Assembly: GCA_963727445.1 (NCBI GenBank) | Contig: CAVSGI010000020.1 | Span: forward strand, 544,001 to 608,000 | Reading direction: 5' to 3' | Source: an uncultured delta proteobacterium | Lineage (GTDB): Bacteria > Myxococcota_A > Polyangia > Polyangiales > B10-G4 | Length of the DNA stretch: 64,000 nt | In this document: piece after piece, positions 45,587-54,195 of the stretch | Layout of the letters: each line of letters opens with the position of its first letter | Numbering within the stretch: position 1 is the stretch's first letter | The notes under the pieces: model-generated | What the model saw: the letters and a program-made list of their open reading frames with translations, nothing else | Database searches by the model: none | Told to the model about the DNA's origin: nothing | Translations under genes and position numbers: made by a program

Positions 45587-47791
45587 CTAAGGAGTGACGC
45601 CGAGCTCGGCGAAGAGGAAGGAAACGACGTCGGTCTCCTCTTCAATCTCCTCGCTCAACGACGTGTCGAGCCCGTGACCCGAGGTGTCGCTCGTCCGGAG
45701 GAGGATGGGCGCGTCGCCGGCCTGCGCCTTCTGAAGGCGAGCGGTCATCTTGCGCGAATGCCACGGCTCGACACGGGGATCGTTGGCGCCGGTGAGGAAG
45801 AGAGTGGCCGGGTAGCTCACGCCGTCTCGCACGTTGTGGTACGGCGAGTAGGCCCGAAGCGCGTGGTACTGGTCTTCGTCGGTGACGCTGCCGAACTCGG
45901 TCACGTTGAACGCGCCGTTGGGTGAGAGCTCCACGCGGAGCATGTCGTAGATGCCGACGAAGGACACCACCGCGTGCACGAGCCCGGGGTGCTGGGTCAG
46001 GGTCGCCCCCATGAGGAGGCCTCCGTTGCTGCCTCCGATGATCGCCAGCTCGTCGCTGTTGGTGTAGTGGCGGTCGATCATGTGCTGAATGCCAGCGGCG
46101 AAATCGTCGAAGACGTTCTGCTTGTTCACCAGGCTGCCGGCGACGTGCCACTCCTCGCCGAACTCCGCGCCTCCACGGAGATTGGCGATCACGTAGATGA
46201 CGCCGTTGTCGAGGTAGATGGCGCGCTCGGGTCGGAAGCGGGGCTCGATGTTGACGCCATAGCCGCCGTAGCCATTGACGATGCAGGGGTTCGAACCGTC
46301 GAGCTCGAGCCCGCGCGGAAGCAGGATGTTGAGCGGCACCTCGGTGCCGTCCCGAGAGGTCGCCATCTCGCGCCGCACCTCCCAGCCGCTCACGTCCACC
46401 GGACTGGTCTCGCGGAGCGCGGTTGCCCGTGCCTCTCCGGAGCGGCCGTCGAGGTGCATCCACACCGGGGGCGTCACGAAGGACTCGACGCGGTAGAGGA
46501 GGTTGCCCTGCGCGAGCGGCACCAGCGCGCGCACCGCGGAGACCGGGGGGGCTTCGGGTGGCGTCTGCGCGTGGCCGCGGAGGTCGAAGACCCTCAGCTC
46601 GCTGGGGCCGCCGGTCTGATACATCACGTAGAGACGGTTTCGCGTGGGGTAGACCGTGGGTCCGTCCCAGAAATCGGTGACGATGCTCTGCTCGCCCTCG
46701 GCGATGACCACCGCGGCGCGCGCGATGTCGAGCTGGCGGATCGGCACCCGCAGGATCCTGCCCCGCGGCGCATCGTGTCGCGACACGACGTACAGGTCGT
46801 TCCGCGGGCCGAAGGTCGCCTGGACGTGTCCGTCTTCGAAGGTGGAGAACGTCCGCCAGGTTCCGTTGCGCTCACGAAGGTGCATCGAGAACTCGCCGCC
46901 GTCGCCCTTCTGAACCGTGGCGAGGAGCCGTCCGCTGCCTGCGTCCATTTCGAGCTGGATCTCGGCGATTCGCGGGAAGTCGCGTCCGAGCTCGTAGCGA
47001 TCCTCGCTGGCTTCGGTGCCGAAGCGGTGAAACCACACCTGCTGGTGGAACGCATCGTCGTCGGCGTGCTCGTCGCCCTCGCGCGGATAGCGCGTGTAGA
47101 AGAAGCCGGAGTTGTCCGGCATCCAGGCCACGTCCCCGCCCGCGGTTCCGTTCTGCACGTGCTCGACGATCTCGTGCACCCGCTCGCCGCTCTCCACGTC
47201 GTAGACGTGCACGTCGCCGCGCTCGCTCCCGCCGCGCGAGAGCGAGACGGCCACCAGCGTTCCGTCGTGGGAAGGGACGTACCAGTCGATGGCGACGTGC
47301 CCTTCCTCGTCGATCTCGGTCGGGTCGACCAGGATCTTGGCGTCGTCCGGGGCGTCCGGGCTCTCCATGACGACCAGGAACGGCTGCTCGCGGGGGGGGC
47401 GCCGCTCGATCGCGAAGAGCTTCGAGCCCGCGTGGATCAGGGCGCGGTGGCTTCGCGTCGGCGCGCTCAGGATCTCCGTCAGCCGTGTGCGGATCGCGTC
47501 TCGGTTGGGGAGCGCGTCGAGCTTGCTTCGCGCCCATGCGTTCTGCGCGTCGCTCCAGGCCTGAACCTCGGGATCGTCGGAGCCCTCGAGCCACTGATAG
47601 GGGTCGACGACCGTCTCACCGTGATAGGTGTTCTCGACGTCACGTTCGGGGGTGGCGGGCGGACCGGCGCTCGCCTCTTCGGCGCTGCTTTCAGCGACCA
47701 GCGGTGGCGTGACCGTCTCCCGGGGCTCCTGGCGGGAGCCGCATCCGAGGGCGAAGAGGCAGAGGAGGCACGAGGCGCGTCGGAGAAACAT
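45587..47791 (-). CDS. Prolyl oligopeptidase (S9A), predicted lipoprotein
   Basis: DPYQWLE, YGGY, GGSNGGLL, DPRV, GHG; lipobox ALGC. Confidence 0.95.
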   Translation of the reverse strand: MFLRRASCLLCLFALGCGSRQEPRETVTPPLVAESSAEEASAGPPATPERDVENTYHGETVVDPYQWLEGSDDPEVQAWSDAQNAWARSKLDALPNRDAIRTRLTEILSAPTRSHRALIHAGSKLFAIERRPPREQPFLVVMESPDAPDDAKILVDPTEIDEEGHVAIDWYVPSHDGTLVAVSLSRGGSERGDVHVYDVESGERVHEIVEHVQNGTAGGDVAWMPDNSGFFYTRYPREGDEHADDDAFHQQVWFHRFGTEASEDRYELGRDFPRIAEIQLEMDAGSGRLLATVQKGDGGEFSMHLRERNGTWRTFSTFEDGHVQATFGPRNDLYVVSRHDAPRGRILRVPIRQLDIARAAVVIAEGEQSIVTDFWDGPTVYPTRNRLYVMYQTGGPSELRVFDLRGHAQTPPEAPPVSAVRALVPLAQGNLLYRVESFVTPPVWMHLDGRSGEARATALRETSPVDVSGWEVRREMATSRDGTEVPLNILLPRGLELDGSNPCIVNGYGGYGVNIEPRFRPERAIYLDNGVIYVIANLRGGAEFGEEWHVAGSLVNKQNVFDDFAAGIQHMIDRHYTNSDELAIIGGSNGGLLMGATLTQHPGLVHAVVSFVGIYDMLRVELSPNGAFNVTEFGSVTDEDQYHALRAYSPYHNVRDGVSYPATLFLTGANDPRVEPWHSRKMTARLQKAQAGDAPILLRTSDTSGHGLDTSLSEEIEEETDVVSFLFAELGVTP

Positions 47792-47847
47792 GCCGCGTGC
47801 ATAGCACCGACCACCCACGCCGATCCACGTCCCCCGATGGGAAGCAG

Positions 47848-48249
47848 CTACTTCTCGAGGTGTGCGACCAGCGACTGGTAGGCGTCGGTGAGGCTCTGCG
47901 CGAGGGCGGTGGCCGCCTTGTGACGCGCGGGGTCGCCGAGATGCTTGTCCGGGTGATACTTGCGCATCAGCTCGCGATAGGCCTGCTTGACCTCGTCCAG
48001 GGTCGCGCCGGGCTCGAGCTCGAGGTTGGCGTACCACTGCTCGACCTGCTTCTGCTGCGGCGAGAGGTTCTGGCGGTCCACCTTGCCGCCGCGGCGCTGC
48101 GCACGCTGTCGGCGCCGACGCAGCAGCTCTTCCTCGAGCTCCGCATCGCTGAGCTCGGAGAGTGGCTTTTCGGACTTGCCGAAGGAACGCTGTCGAAGGT
48201 CACCCAAGGTCGCTCGAGTCACGCTTTTGAGGCGCGAGAGAACGCTCAA
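47848..48249 (-). CDS. Small J-domain protein
   Basis: VKQAYRELMRKYHPD. Confidence 0.88.
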   Translation of the reverse strand: MSVLSRLKSVTRATLGDLRQRSFGKSEKPLSELSDAELEEELLRRRRQRAQRRGGKVDRQNLSPQQKQVEQWYANLELEPGATLDEVKQAYRELMRKYHPDKHLGDPARHKAATALAQSLTDAYQSLVAHLEK

Positions 48250-48602
48250 GACTCTTCGTCCTCGCCGAGCTTGGCCTGCCCCGAGGGCTGCGTCGTGAGG
48301 AGACGCTCGATGAGGTGCTGGGAGTACTGGCTGAGCTCGGTGAACACCACGCCCATGCCCGGCGGATCGTTTTCGAGCCGGACCACCTCGCCCACGCCTT
48401 CGATGGTCTCGATGTCATCCATGATGACGGTGAACCTCAGGTTCACCCGAGTCCCCACCGGGAGTGGTTGCTTCGACTTCACGAAGACACCGGACCTCGA
48501 GATGTTCGTCACGTACTCGTGGATGAACGCGTCGAACGACTCGAACTCCTTGTTGATCGTGACCCGCTCGTCGGTCCTCTTGTCCCCCTCGTCGTCGCTC
48601 AT
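48246..48602 (-). CDS. Stand-alone PilZ-domain protein (myxobacterial type)
   Basis: RTDER (RxxxR), NISRSG (NxSxxG), GMGVVF. Confidence 0.85.
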   Translation of the reverse strand: MSDDEGDKRTDERVTINKEFESFDAFIHEYVTNISRSGVFVKSKQPLPVGTRVNLRFTVIMDDIETIEGVGEVVRLENDPPGMGVVFTELSQYSQHLIERLLTTQPSGQAKLGEDEES

Positions 48603-50149
48603 TTCTCAGGCTCCGCCGTCAGATCGAACTGCTCCAGATGATAGTCCTTGCGCGGTTGTAGCACGATACGGCGCTGGAACCGCGAGGCGGTCTCGTCGAG
48701 GGCGTGCTTCTCCTCCCGGGTCAGCACGTCGCAGATCGCCGGGTGGGCGTTGATGATGATCTTGTAGCCCGCGAGGTTGTCCCGCTCGCGCCGGATCTGC
48801 TTGAAGATCTCGTGGCAAATCGTCGACTTCGAGCGAAGCGCGCCCGTGCCGTCGCAGTAGAAGCACGGCTCGTAGAGCGTGCGCCCCAGCGACTCCCGGG
48901 TTCGCTTGCGGGTCATCTCCACCAGCCCCAGCTCGCTGATGCGGACGGCGGTGGTCTTGGCCTTGTCCTTCTTGAGGACCTCGAGGAGGGCCTTGTAGAC
49001 CTTGTCCCGGTGTGAGGCGCGCTCCATGTCGATGAAGTCGAGGACGATCAGGCCGCCGATGTTTCGGAAGCGCAGCTGGTAGGCGATCTCCTTCACGGCT
49101 TCCAGGTTGGTCGCGAGGATCGTCTCCTCCACGTCCTTGCCCTTGCCCGTGAAGCGACCGGTGTTGACGTCGATGGCGGTCAGCGCCTCGGCCTGGTCGA
49201 TGATCAGGTAGCCGCCCGAGGGCATGGCCACCTTGCGCGCGAGCGCGCGCGCGATCTCGTCCTCGACCCCGAACTCGTCGAAGAAGGGCTCGTGACCTTC
49301 GTAGAGCTCCACGTGGCTGGCGCGCTCGGGCAGGAAGTCCTCGAGGAACGTCACCAGGCGCTCGTACTGCGACTTGTCGTCGATGACGATCTTGTCGACG
49401 GTCTCGTCGAAGAGATCGCGCGCCGCGCGCAGCACGATGTCGAGCTCGGTGTAGATCGGCGCCGGCGCCTTCTTGACGTGCGTCTTCTTGGTGTCGATCT
49501 CCTGCCAGGTCTTCACCAGATAGCCCACGTCGGCCTTGAGCTTCTTCTTGGTGAGACCGGCCGCGAGCGTTCGCACGATCACGCCACCTTCCGGCGGCTT
49601 GATCTGATCGATCACCTCCTTGAGCCGGCGGCGTTCCTTGTCGTTGCCGATGCGCTTGGACACGCCGACCTGCTCGAAGGTCGGCATGTAGACGACGTAG
49701 CGGCCGGGAAGGGCGATGTGGCTCGTGACCCGCGCGCCCTTCGTGCCGATCGGCCCTTTGCTGACCTGGACCATCAGGGACTGGCCCTCTTTGAGCACGT
49801 CCCGGATCGGCGTCTTGCGAGAGGTCCGCTTGCGGCTGCGCGACTTCGTGGACTTGCCGTTCTTCTTCTTCGAATCGTCCTCGCCCTCTTCCGCAGCAGC
49901 GAGCTTTTCCATCTGCTCCTGCGTCAGGACGTCTTCGACGTGAAGGAAGGCCGCGCGGTCGAGACCGACGTCGATGAAGGCGGCCTGCATCCCCGGAAGG
50001 ACGCGGGTCACCTTACCCATGTAGATGTTTCCGACGGGGCTCAGGTCGCGGGTGCGCTCGAGATAGAGCTCCGCGAGTATCCCGTCTTCGATGAGCGCGA
50101 CGCGGGTTTCTCCCACGTCCACGTTGATGAGGAGTGTGTTGTTCGCCAC
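48599..50149 (-). CDS. rng: Ribonuclease G/E family
   Basis: GNIYMGKV, AAFIDVG, KGARVT, IDVNTG, IGGLIVLDFIDM, LVEMTRKR, CxxC. Confidence 0.93.
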   Translation of the reverse strand: MANNTLLINVDVGETRVALIEDGILAELYLERTRDLSPVGNIYMGKVTRVLPGMQAAFIDVGLDRAAFLHVEDVLTQEQMEKLAAAEEGEDDSKKKNGKSTKSRSRKRTSRKTPIRDVLKEGQSLMVQVSKGPIGTKGARVTSHIALPGRYVVYMPTFEQVGVSKRIGNDKERRRLKEVIDQIKPPEGGVIVRTLAAGLTKKKLKADVGYLVKTWQEIDTKKTHVKKAPAPIYTELDIVLRAARDLFDETVDKIVIDDKSQYERLVTFLEDFLPERASHVELYEGHEPFFDEFGVEDEIARALARKVAMPSGGYLIIDQAEALTAIDVNTGRFTGKGKDVEETILATNLEAVKEIAYQLRFRNIGGLIVLDFIDMERASHRDKVYKALLEVLKKDKAKTTAVRISELGLVEMTRKRTRESLGRTLYEPCFYCDGTGALRSKSTICHEIFKQIRRERDNLAGYKIIINAHPAICDVLTREEKHALDETASRFQRRIVLQPRKDYHLEQFDLTAEPEK

Positions 50150-50360
50150 GGTCTCGTTGCCGAGGTGAGAGGTTGAAAGCTCTGCGGGGAGACCGTCGGC
50201 GTTTTGGCCCACCGGACGCAGCAGTCACCAATCCAGCTTCGGGTCGACTCGCGTCGTCCCTTCGCCTTCTTGGTGAACCCGCTCGCCGTCGCGTGTCGAC
50301 CCCCTCGATGGGGCCGCGCGATCTCGGCGGGCGCGTGTCGGCGGGTGCTCTGGTCCACCC

Positions 50361-50865
50361 TCAATTAGTGGCGAAGATCTTTTCGATCTCGCGCCTGGAC
50401 CTTCTCCTCACTCTTCCGTCGGGCCACGGCGATCTCCTTCACGATGAGGCCGCGTGCTTTTTCGAGCATCTGGCGCTCTCCGAAGGAGAGGGACTTCTCC
50501 GCCTTGAGGCGGTAGAGGTCTCGCATGACCTCGGCGACGTCGAAGACGGAGCCGGTCTTGATCTTGTCCATGAAGCCGCGATAGCGGCGGTTCCAGGTCT
50601 GGTTGTCGAACTCGATCTCGCGTTCCTTCAGGATCTTGAAGATCTCGCGGATCTGACGCTCGGAGATCGGCGGCCTCAGGCCGACGTTCTTCGCGTTCGA
50701 AACTGGTACTTTGATGATGTGCTCGGTGTCGAGGAGCCGAAGCACGTAAAAACTCTGAACGTTGCCTGCGATGTCCAGGTCGTCGATGGAGACCACTTCG
50801 GCGACGCCACGGGCGGGGTAAATGGCCTTGTCCCCCACCTTGAACGTGTGCTTCCGAGCCTGCAT
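50361..50865 (-). CDS. cdnL: CarD-family RNAP-binding regulator (CdnL); probable +1 error near 50391
   Basis: FKVGDKAIYP, WNRRYR, LSFGERQML; corrected C-terminus EIEKIFATN*. Confidence 0.85.
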
Positions 50866-51024
50866 CCGACTACTCCTATCTATCGGCAGAGCTGCTCGGG
50901 AGTAGCGAACGCTCGAAGTCGAGGCGTCCCTCACCGCCTCTCGAGCGTTCGAATCGCCCAACCAACGAATGCTGGGCAGATCCCGAGTCGGCGGAATCTA
51001 GTCCACGACCGGGGGCTCCGTCAA
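50866..51024 (-). promoter_or_regulatory. cdnL promoter and structured 5' leader
   Basis: TTGACG (51024-51019)-N18-TAGATT (51000-50995); multi-stem leader; SD GGAG. Confidence 0.65.
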
Positions 51025-51045
51025 CGCGATTTCAACAGCTCCATG

Positions 51046-51078
51046 AAAAACGGCCTCCCCGAAGAGACGGGGAGGCCG
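51046..51078 (-). terminator. Intrinsic terminator of the OmpA/MotB gene
   Basis: Minus strand CGGCCTCCCCG-tctctt-CGGGGAGGCCG-TTTTT. Confidence 0.85.
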
Positions 51079-51103
51079 CTGAACTACCCGAGATCGCAGC
51101 AGA

Positions 51104-51934
51104 TCAGTTGTCGCTACTCTCGTCCAGGGTGCTCAGGTCCGGAAGCTCGTCGAGATTGAACATCAGGGCGATCTCGATGCGTCGGTTCTGGGCCCGGAGC
51201 TCCGGGGTCGAATTGTCGTTCAAAGGCTGGGTATCGGCATAACCCGCGGCCGAGAGGCGGTTGGCTGGCATGCCCTGCTCGATCATGAAGCGGGTGACGG
51301 TGACGGCTCGGGCCGTGGACAGCTCCCAGTTCGAGGGGAAGCGCCGGCTCCGGATCGGGATGTTGTCGGTATGACCCGTGACCTGGAACCGACGCCCCCG
51401 CAGGCCCTTGAGGACCTCCGTCAGCTGGGTCAGGGGGGTCTCTGCTTCGTCCTTCAGATCCGCCCGGCCCGAGTCGAAGAGGATCGCCTCGGGGAGCACC
51501 ACCACCATCCGGCCGTTTCGGATCCGGACCGTCAGGGTTCCGGCATCGATCAGGCTACGGAGCTGTTCGAGCATGTTTCGGAAGGTCTCGAGGCGCGCCT
51601 GGGCCTGACGCTCGCGCTGGCGGAGCTCGGCGAGCGCACGCTGGGTTTCGGCCAGCTCCCCCTGGAGGCTCTGTCGGGTGCCCTCGAGCTCTTCGACGTT
51701 CTCACCGAGCGCCCGGAGGCGGTTGGCCAACTCCTGATTCTGGGCGCTCATGGCCCCGAGGCGGTCTTCGAGGTCCTCCCGTTGAGCCTGGGCCGCGCGC
51801 AGCTCCTCTTGTAAGGAGCGGACCCGCGCGCGCTCGGCGTCGAGCTCCTCCTGAGAAGGTCCGCATCCAATGGCGGCGCTCGCCGCCACGACCAGGGCGG
51901 CCATCATGACCCACCCACCCCTTCGATTCGTCAT
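51104..51934 (-). CDS. OmpA/MotB-family lipoprotein with coiled coil
   Basis: Lipobox AIGC; LFDSG, GHTD, SNWELSTARA, NRRIEI. Confidence 0.9.
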   Translation of the reverse strand: MTNRRGGWVMMAALVVAASAAIGCGPSQEELDAERARVRSLQEELRAAQAQREDLEDRLGAMSAQNQELANRLRALGENVEELEGTRQSLQGELAETQRALAELRQRERQAQARLETFRNMLEQLRSLIDAGTLTVRIRNGRMVVVLPEAILFDSGRADLKDEAETPLTQLTEVLKGLRGRRFQVTGHTDNIPIRSRRFPSNWELSTARAVTVTRFMIEQGMPANRLSAAGYADTQPLNDNSTPELRAQNRRIEIALMFNLDELPDLSTLDESSDN

Positions 51935-52000
51935 TCGAGCCCTCCGGCGACCGACGGCGAGGGGGGCTCTCGAGGCACCTCCGGGCGGCGGTCGGGGGCG

Positions 52001-52030
52001 ACCCTAGGCGCCCGCGAGGGGAGGTGTCAA
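52001..52030 (-). promoter_or_regulatory. Putative sigma70 promoter of the OmpA/MotB gene
   Basis: Minus strand TTGACA-N18-TAGGGT. Confidence 0.5.
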
Positions 52031-52183
52031 CGCCGTCGAGATCCCGATCCTCGCTTTCTCAAGGGTTCCGGACACCTGAATTGCCATACCTTTTTCCCCT
52101 GTAATTTCAATCGATTGATAAAGATTGTGCACACTATCCTGTCAATTTCGGATAAGTTAGGTATAAATTATGTGCCTTTGTGC

Positions 52184-52246
52184 TTGACAGGTTGCGTGAC
52201 GTGACAATACGGTACGCGTCATCTCAGAGACCCTTCTAGGAGGAGG
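52184..52246 (+). promoter_or_regulatory. Promoter and strong RBS of the H1-like gene
   Basis: TTGACA 52184-52189-N18-TACGGT, AT-rich upstream region; AGGAGGAGG 52238-52246. Confidence 0.6.
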
Positions 52247-52252
52247 TTTCAC

Positions 52253-52600
52253 ATGGCTGCCAAGAAGAAGACCACTAAGAAGAGCGCTAAGAAGCGCCCC
52301 GCTAAGAAGCGCGCGACCAAGAAGCGTGCAACCAAGAAGCGCGCGACCAAGAAGCGTGCGACCAAGAAGCGCGCGACCAAGAAGCGTGCGACCAAGAAGC
52401 GTGCGACCAAGAAGCGCGCGACCAAGAAGCGTGCGACCAAGAAGCGCGCGACCAAGAAGCGTGCGACCAAGAAGCGCGCGACCAAGAAGCGTGCGACCAA
52501 GAAGCGTGCGACCAAGAAGCGCACCGCCAAGAAGGCGACGAAGAAGCGCGCCACCAAGAAGCGCGCGACCAAGAAGCGCACCGCTCGCAAGAAGAAGTAG
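52253..52600 (+). CDS. Histone H1-like basic repeat protein
   Basis: 115 aa, 68 K/R, no D/E, 16 KKRAT units; strong SD. Confidence 0.9.
   Translation: MAAKKKTTKKSAKKRPAKKRATKKRATKKRATKKRATKKRATKKRATKKRATKKRATKKRATKKRATKKRATKKRATKKRATKKRATKKRTAKKATKKRATKKRATKKRTARKKK
52304..52513 (+). repeat. 14 x 15-bp tandem repeat AAGAAGCG(C/T)GC(G/A)ACC
   Basis: Read directly; variation only at synonymous positions. Confidence 0.95.
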
Positions 52601-52605
52601 TTCAA

Positions 52606-52743
52606 GCGCTGGCCCACTTCGGGAGCGCCCCAAGGCGTGCCCGAGCCATGTGCAGCCCTCGGGCCGTATGTGGTGAAAGGTGAGAGCAGCCCACGCAGTT
52701 GGGGGCGCTCGAGAGAAATGAAGCCAGCGCATCCCGAAAGGGA
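52606..52743 (+). ncRNA. Candidate structured RNA or 3' UTR element
   Basis: Four nested helices plus a TCCC-GAAA-GGGA hairpin. Confidence 0.4.
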
Positions 52744-52751
52744 AGCACAAA

Positions 52752-52791
52752 CAAACGAGCCATTCGGGAAACCGGGTGGCTCGTTTGCTTT
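52752..52791 (+). terminator. Terminator hairpin between convergent genes
   Basis: CAAACGAGCCATTCGG-GAAA-CCGGGTGGCTCGTTTG-CTTT. Confidence 0.75.
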
Positions 52792-52809
52792 GGTGCGCGG
52801 GGGTCCGAG

Positions 52810-54195
52810 CTATTCGCGCTCTTCGTGCGAAAGGAGGCGCGCGAGCCGCTCGGGCTCGAGACGGAGAACGAGCACACGTTCCCGATCCACCATCACCGCA
52901 CCGGGGGCAGCGCCACGTGGCTTGCGCACATAGCGGCGCGGCGTGTGTTGCACCTCGACGCGATCTTCCCCTGCGGCTCCGCTGAAGTGAACCGCCAGCG
53001 TGGCCGCATCGAGGAGGAGCTCGGGCGGGCACTCTTCGTTTCGCTCGAGGGGGACGATCACGTGGGCGCCCCGTCGCCCGCGGGCATGAAGCCAGAGATC
53101 CGACGGCCGTGCATGACGGAGGGTCAACGCATCGTTGTCGGCCGCGCCGCGCCCGACGAGGATCGGCCGACCGCCATCGCCGTTGAAGCGTCGATAGGGT
53201 CGCCGCTGTCCTTCCTTCTTGCGCGGGCGCGCGCCTCCTCGGGTGACTTTGCGCGCGCCCCGAACGCCCGCCCGCGCGGCTTCGTCGGCGAGCGCCTCGA
53301 GGGACGCATCGTCCGTCGCTGCCTCGAGCCGCGTCTTCAGCGCGCGCAGGACCCCGAGCTCCGCGTCGGTGGTGGCGCGTCGTTCGGCTGCCTTTTCGGC
53401 GCCCCGTGAAAGCCTTCGCGCACGGTGAAACAGCGCCTCCGCCTGCCCCTTCGGACCCAGCTTCGGATCGATGGGGGCCCAGCTCTCCTCGGGGGGATCG
53501 GCTGCGTAGTCGACCACTCGGAGACGATCGCTCCCCTCCTCGTAGGCGTGCAGGTGCGACAGGATCTGGGAGGCGAGGGCGCGAAGCGTTTCGACCTCGG
53601 AGACGCGCGCGGCGTCGGCCGCGATCTTGACGAGACGCCGTTCGAGTCGCTTTTCGGCGCTCCGGAGGGCGCGGCCGAGCTCCTTCTTCTTGACGTCGAG
53701 CGCTTCCACGGACGCGCCGCCGACGAGGCTGGGGCCTCGCACGCGGAGCGCCGCGTCGTCCACTTCCGCCTCCGCCGCGAGCGCGGATGCTGGCGGGACG
53801 CCGCCGATGCCGATCCCCGCGGTGCGCCCATCGAGGGCGGCTTCGAGCGCGAGCTCGGCGTCGAGGACCCAGAGATGTCGCGCCTTCGGGTCACTGTCGA
53901 GGAGCAGCGTGCGCACGCCGTCGCCGCGCCGCAGGCGAAGCTTGAGACGCTGGTGCGCGCCCGCGCTGATCGCTTCGAGCACCGAGCCTTCGAGGAGCTT
54001 GCGAAGCCGACGCGTGAAGCCGTCGGCGGGTGCTCCGCGCGGTCTCTCCTTCACGAGCCCCGCGCCGCGCGGTGTTCCCGTGAGCCGATAGACCAGGACC
54101 TCCTTTTCTCCGTCACCGGCGAAGGTGATCGCGATCAGCCCCTCGCGGGGCATGTCGATGCGCCGCGCCCTCTGTCCGACCAGCGACGAGCTCAC
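52810..54195 (-). CDS. NFACT / RqcH (Rqc2) family protein
   Basis: NFACT-R domain ILVGRGAADNDALT...DLWLHARGRRGAHV...YVRKPRG. Confidence 0.85.
   Translation of the reverse strand: MSSSLVGQRARRIDMPREGLIAITFAGDGEKEVLVYRLTGTPRGAGLVKERPRGAPADGFTRRLRKLLEGSVLEAISAGAHQRLKLRLRRGDGVRTLLLDSDPKARHLWVLDAELALEAALDGRTAGIGIGGVPPASALAAEAEVDDAALRVRGPSLVGGASVEALDVKKKELGRALRSAEKRLERRLVKIAADAARVSEVETLRALASQILSHLHAYEEGSDRLRVVDYAADPPEESWAPIDPKLGPKGQAEALFHRARRLSRGAEKAAERRATTDAELGVLRALKTRLEAATDDASLEALADEAARAGVRGARKVTRGGARPRKKEGQRRPYRRFNGDGGRPILVGRGAADNDALTLRHARPSDLWLHARGRRGAHVIVPLERNEECPPELLLDAATLAVHFSGAAGEDRVEVQHTPRRYVRKPRGAAPGAVMVDRERVLVLRLEPERLARLLSHEERE

Noticed and set aside
52304..52513. CRISPR-like array
   Set aside because: Contiguous 15-bp units with no spacers, in frame within a gene; no cas genes
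52249..52617. Antisense ORF with FLVAR repeats
   Set aside because: Mirror of the KKRAT gene, which has the RBS and promoter
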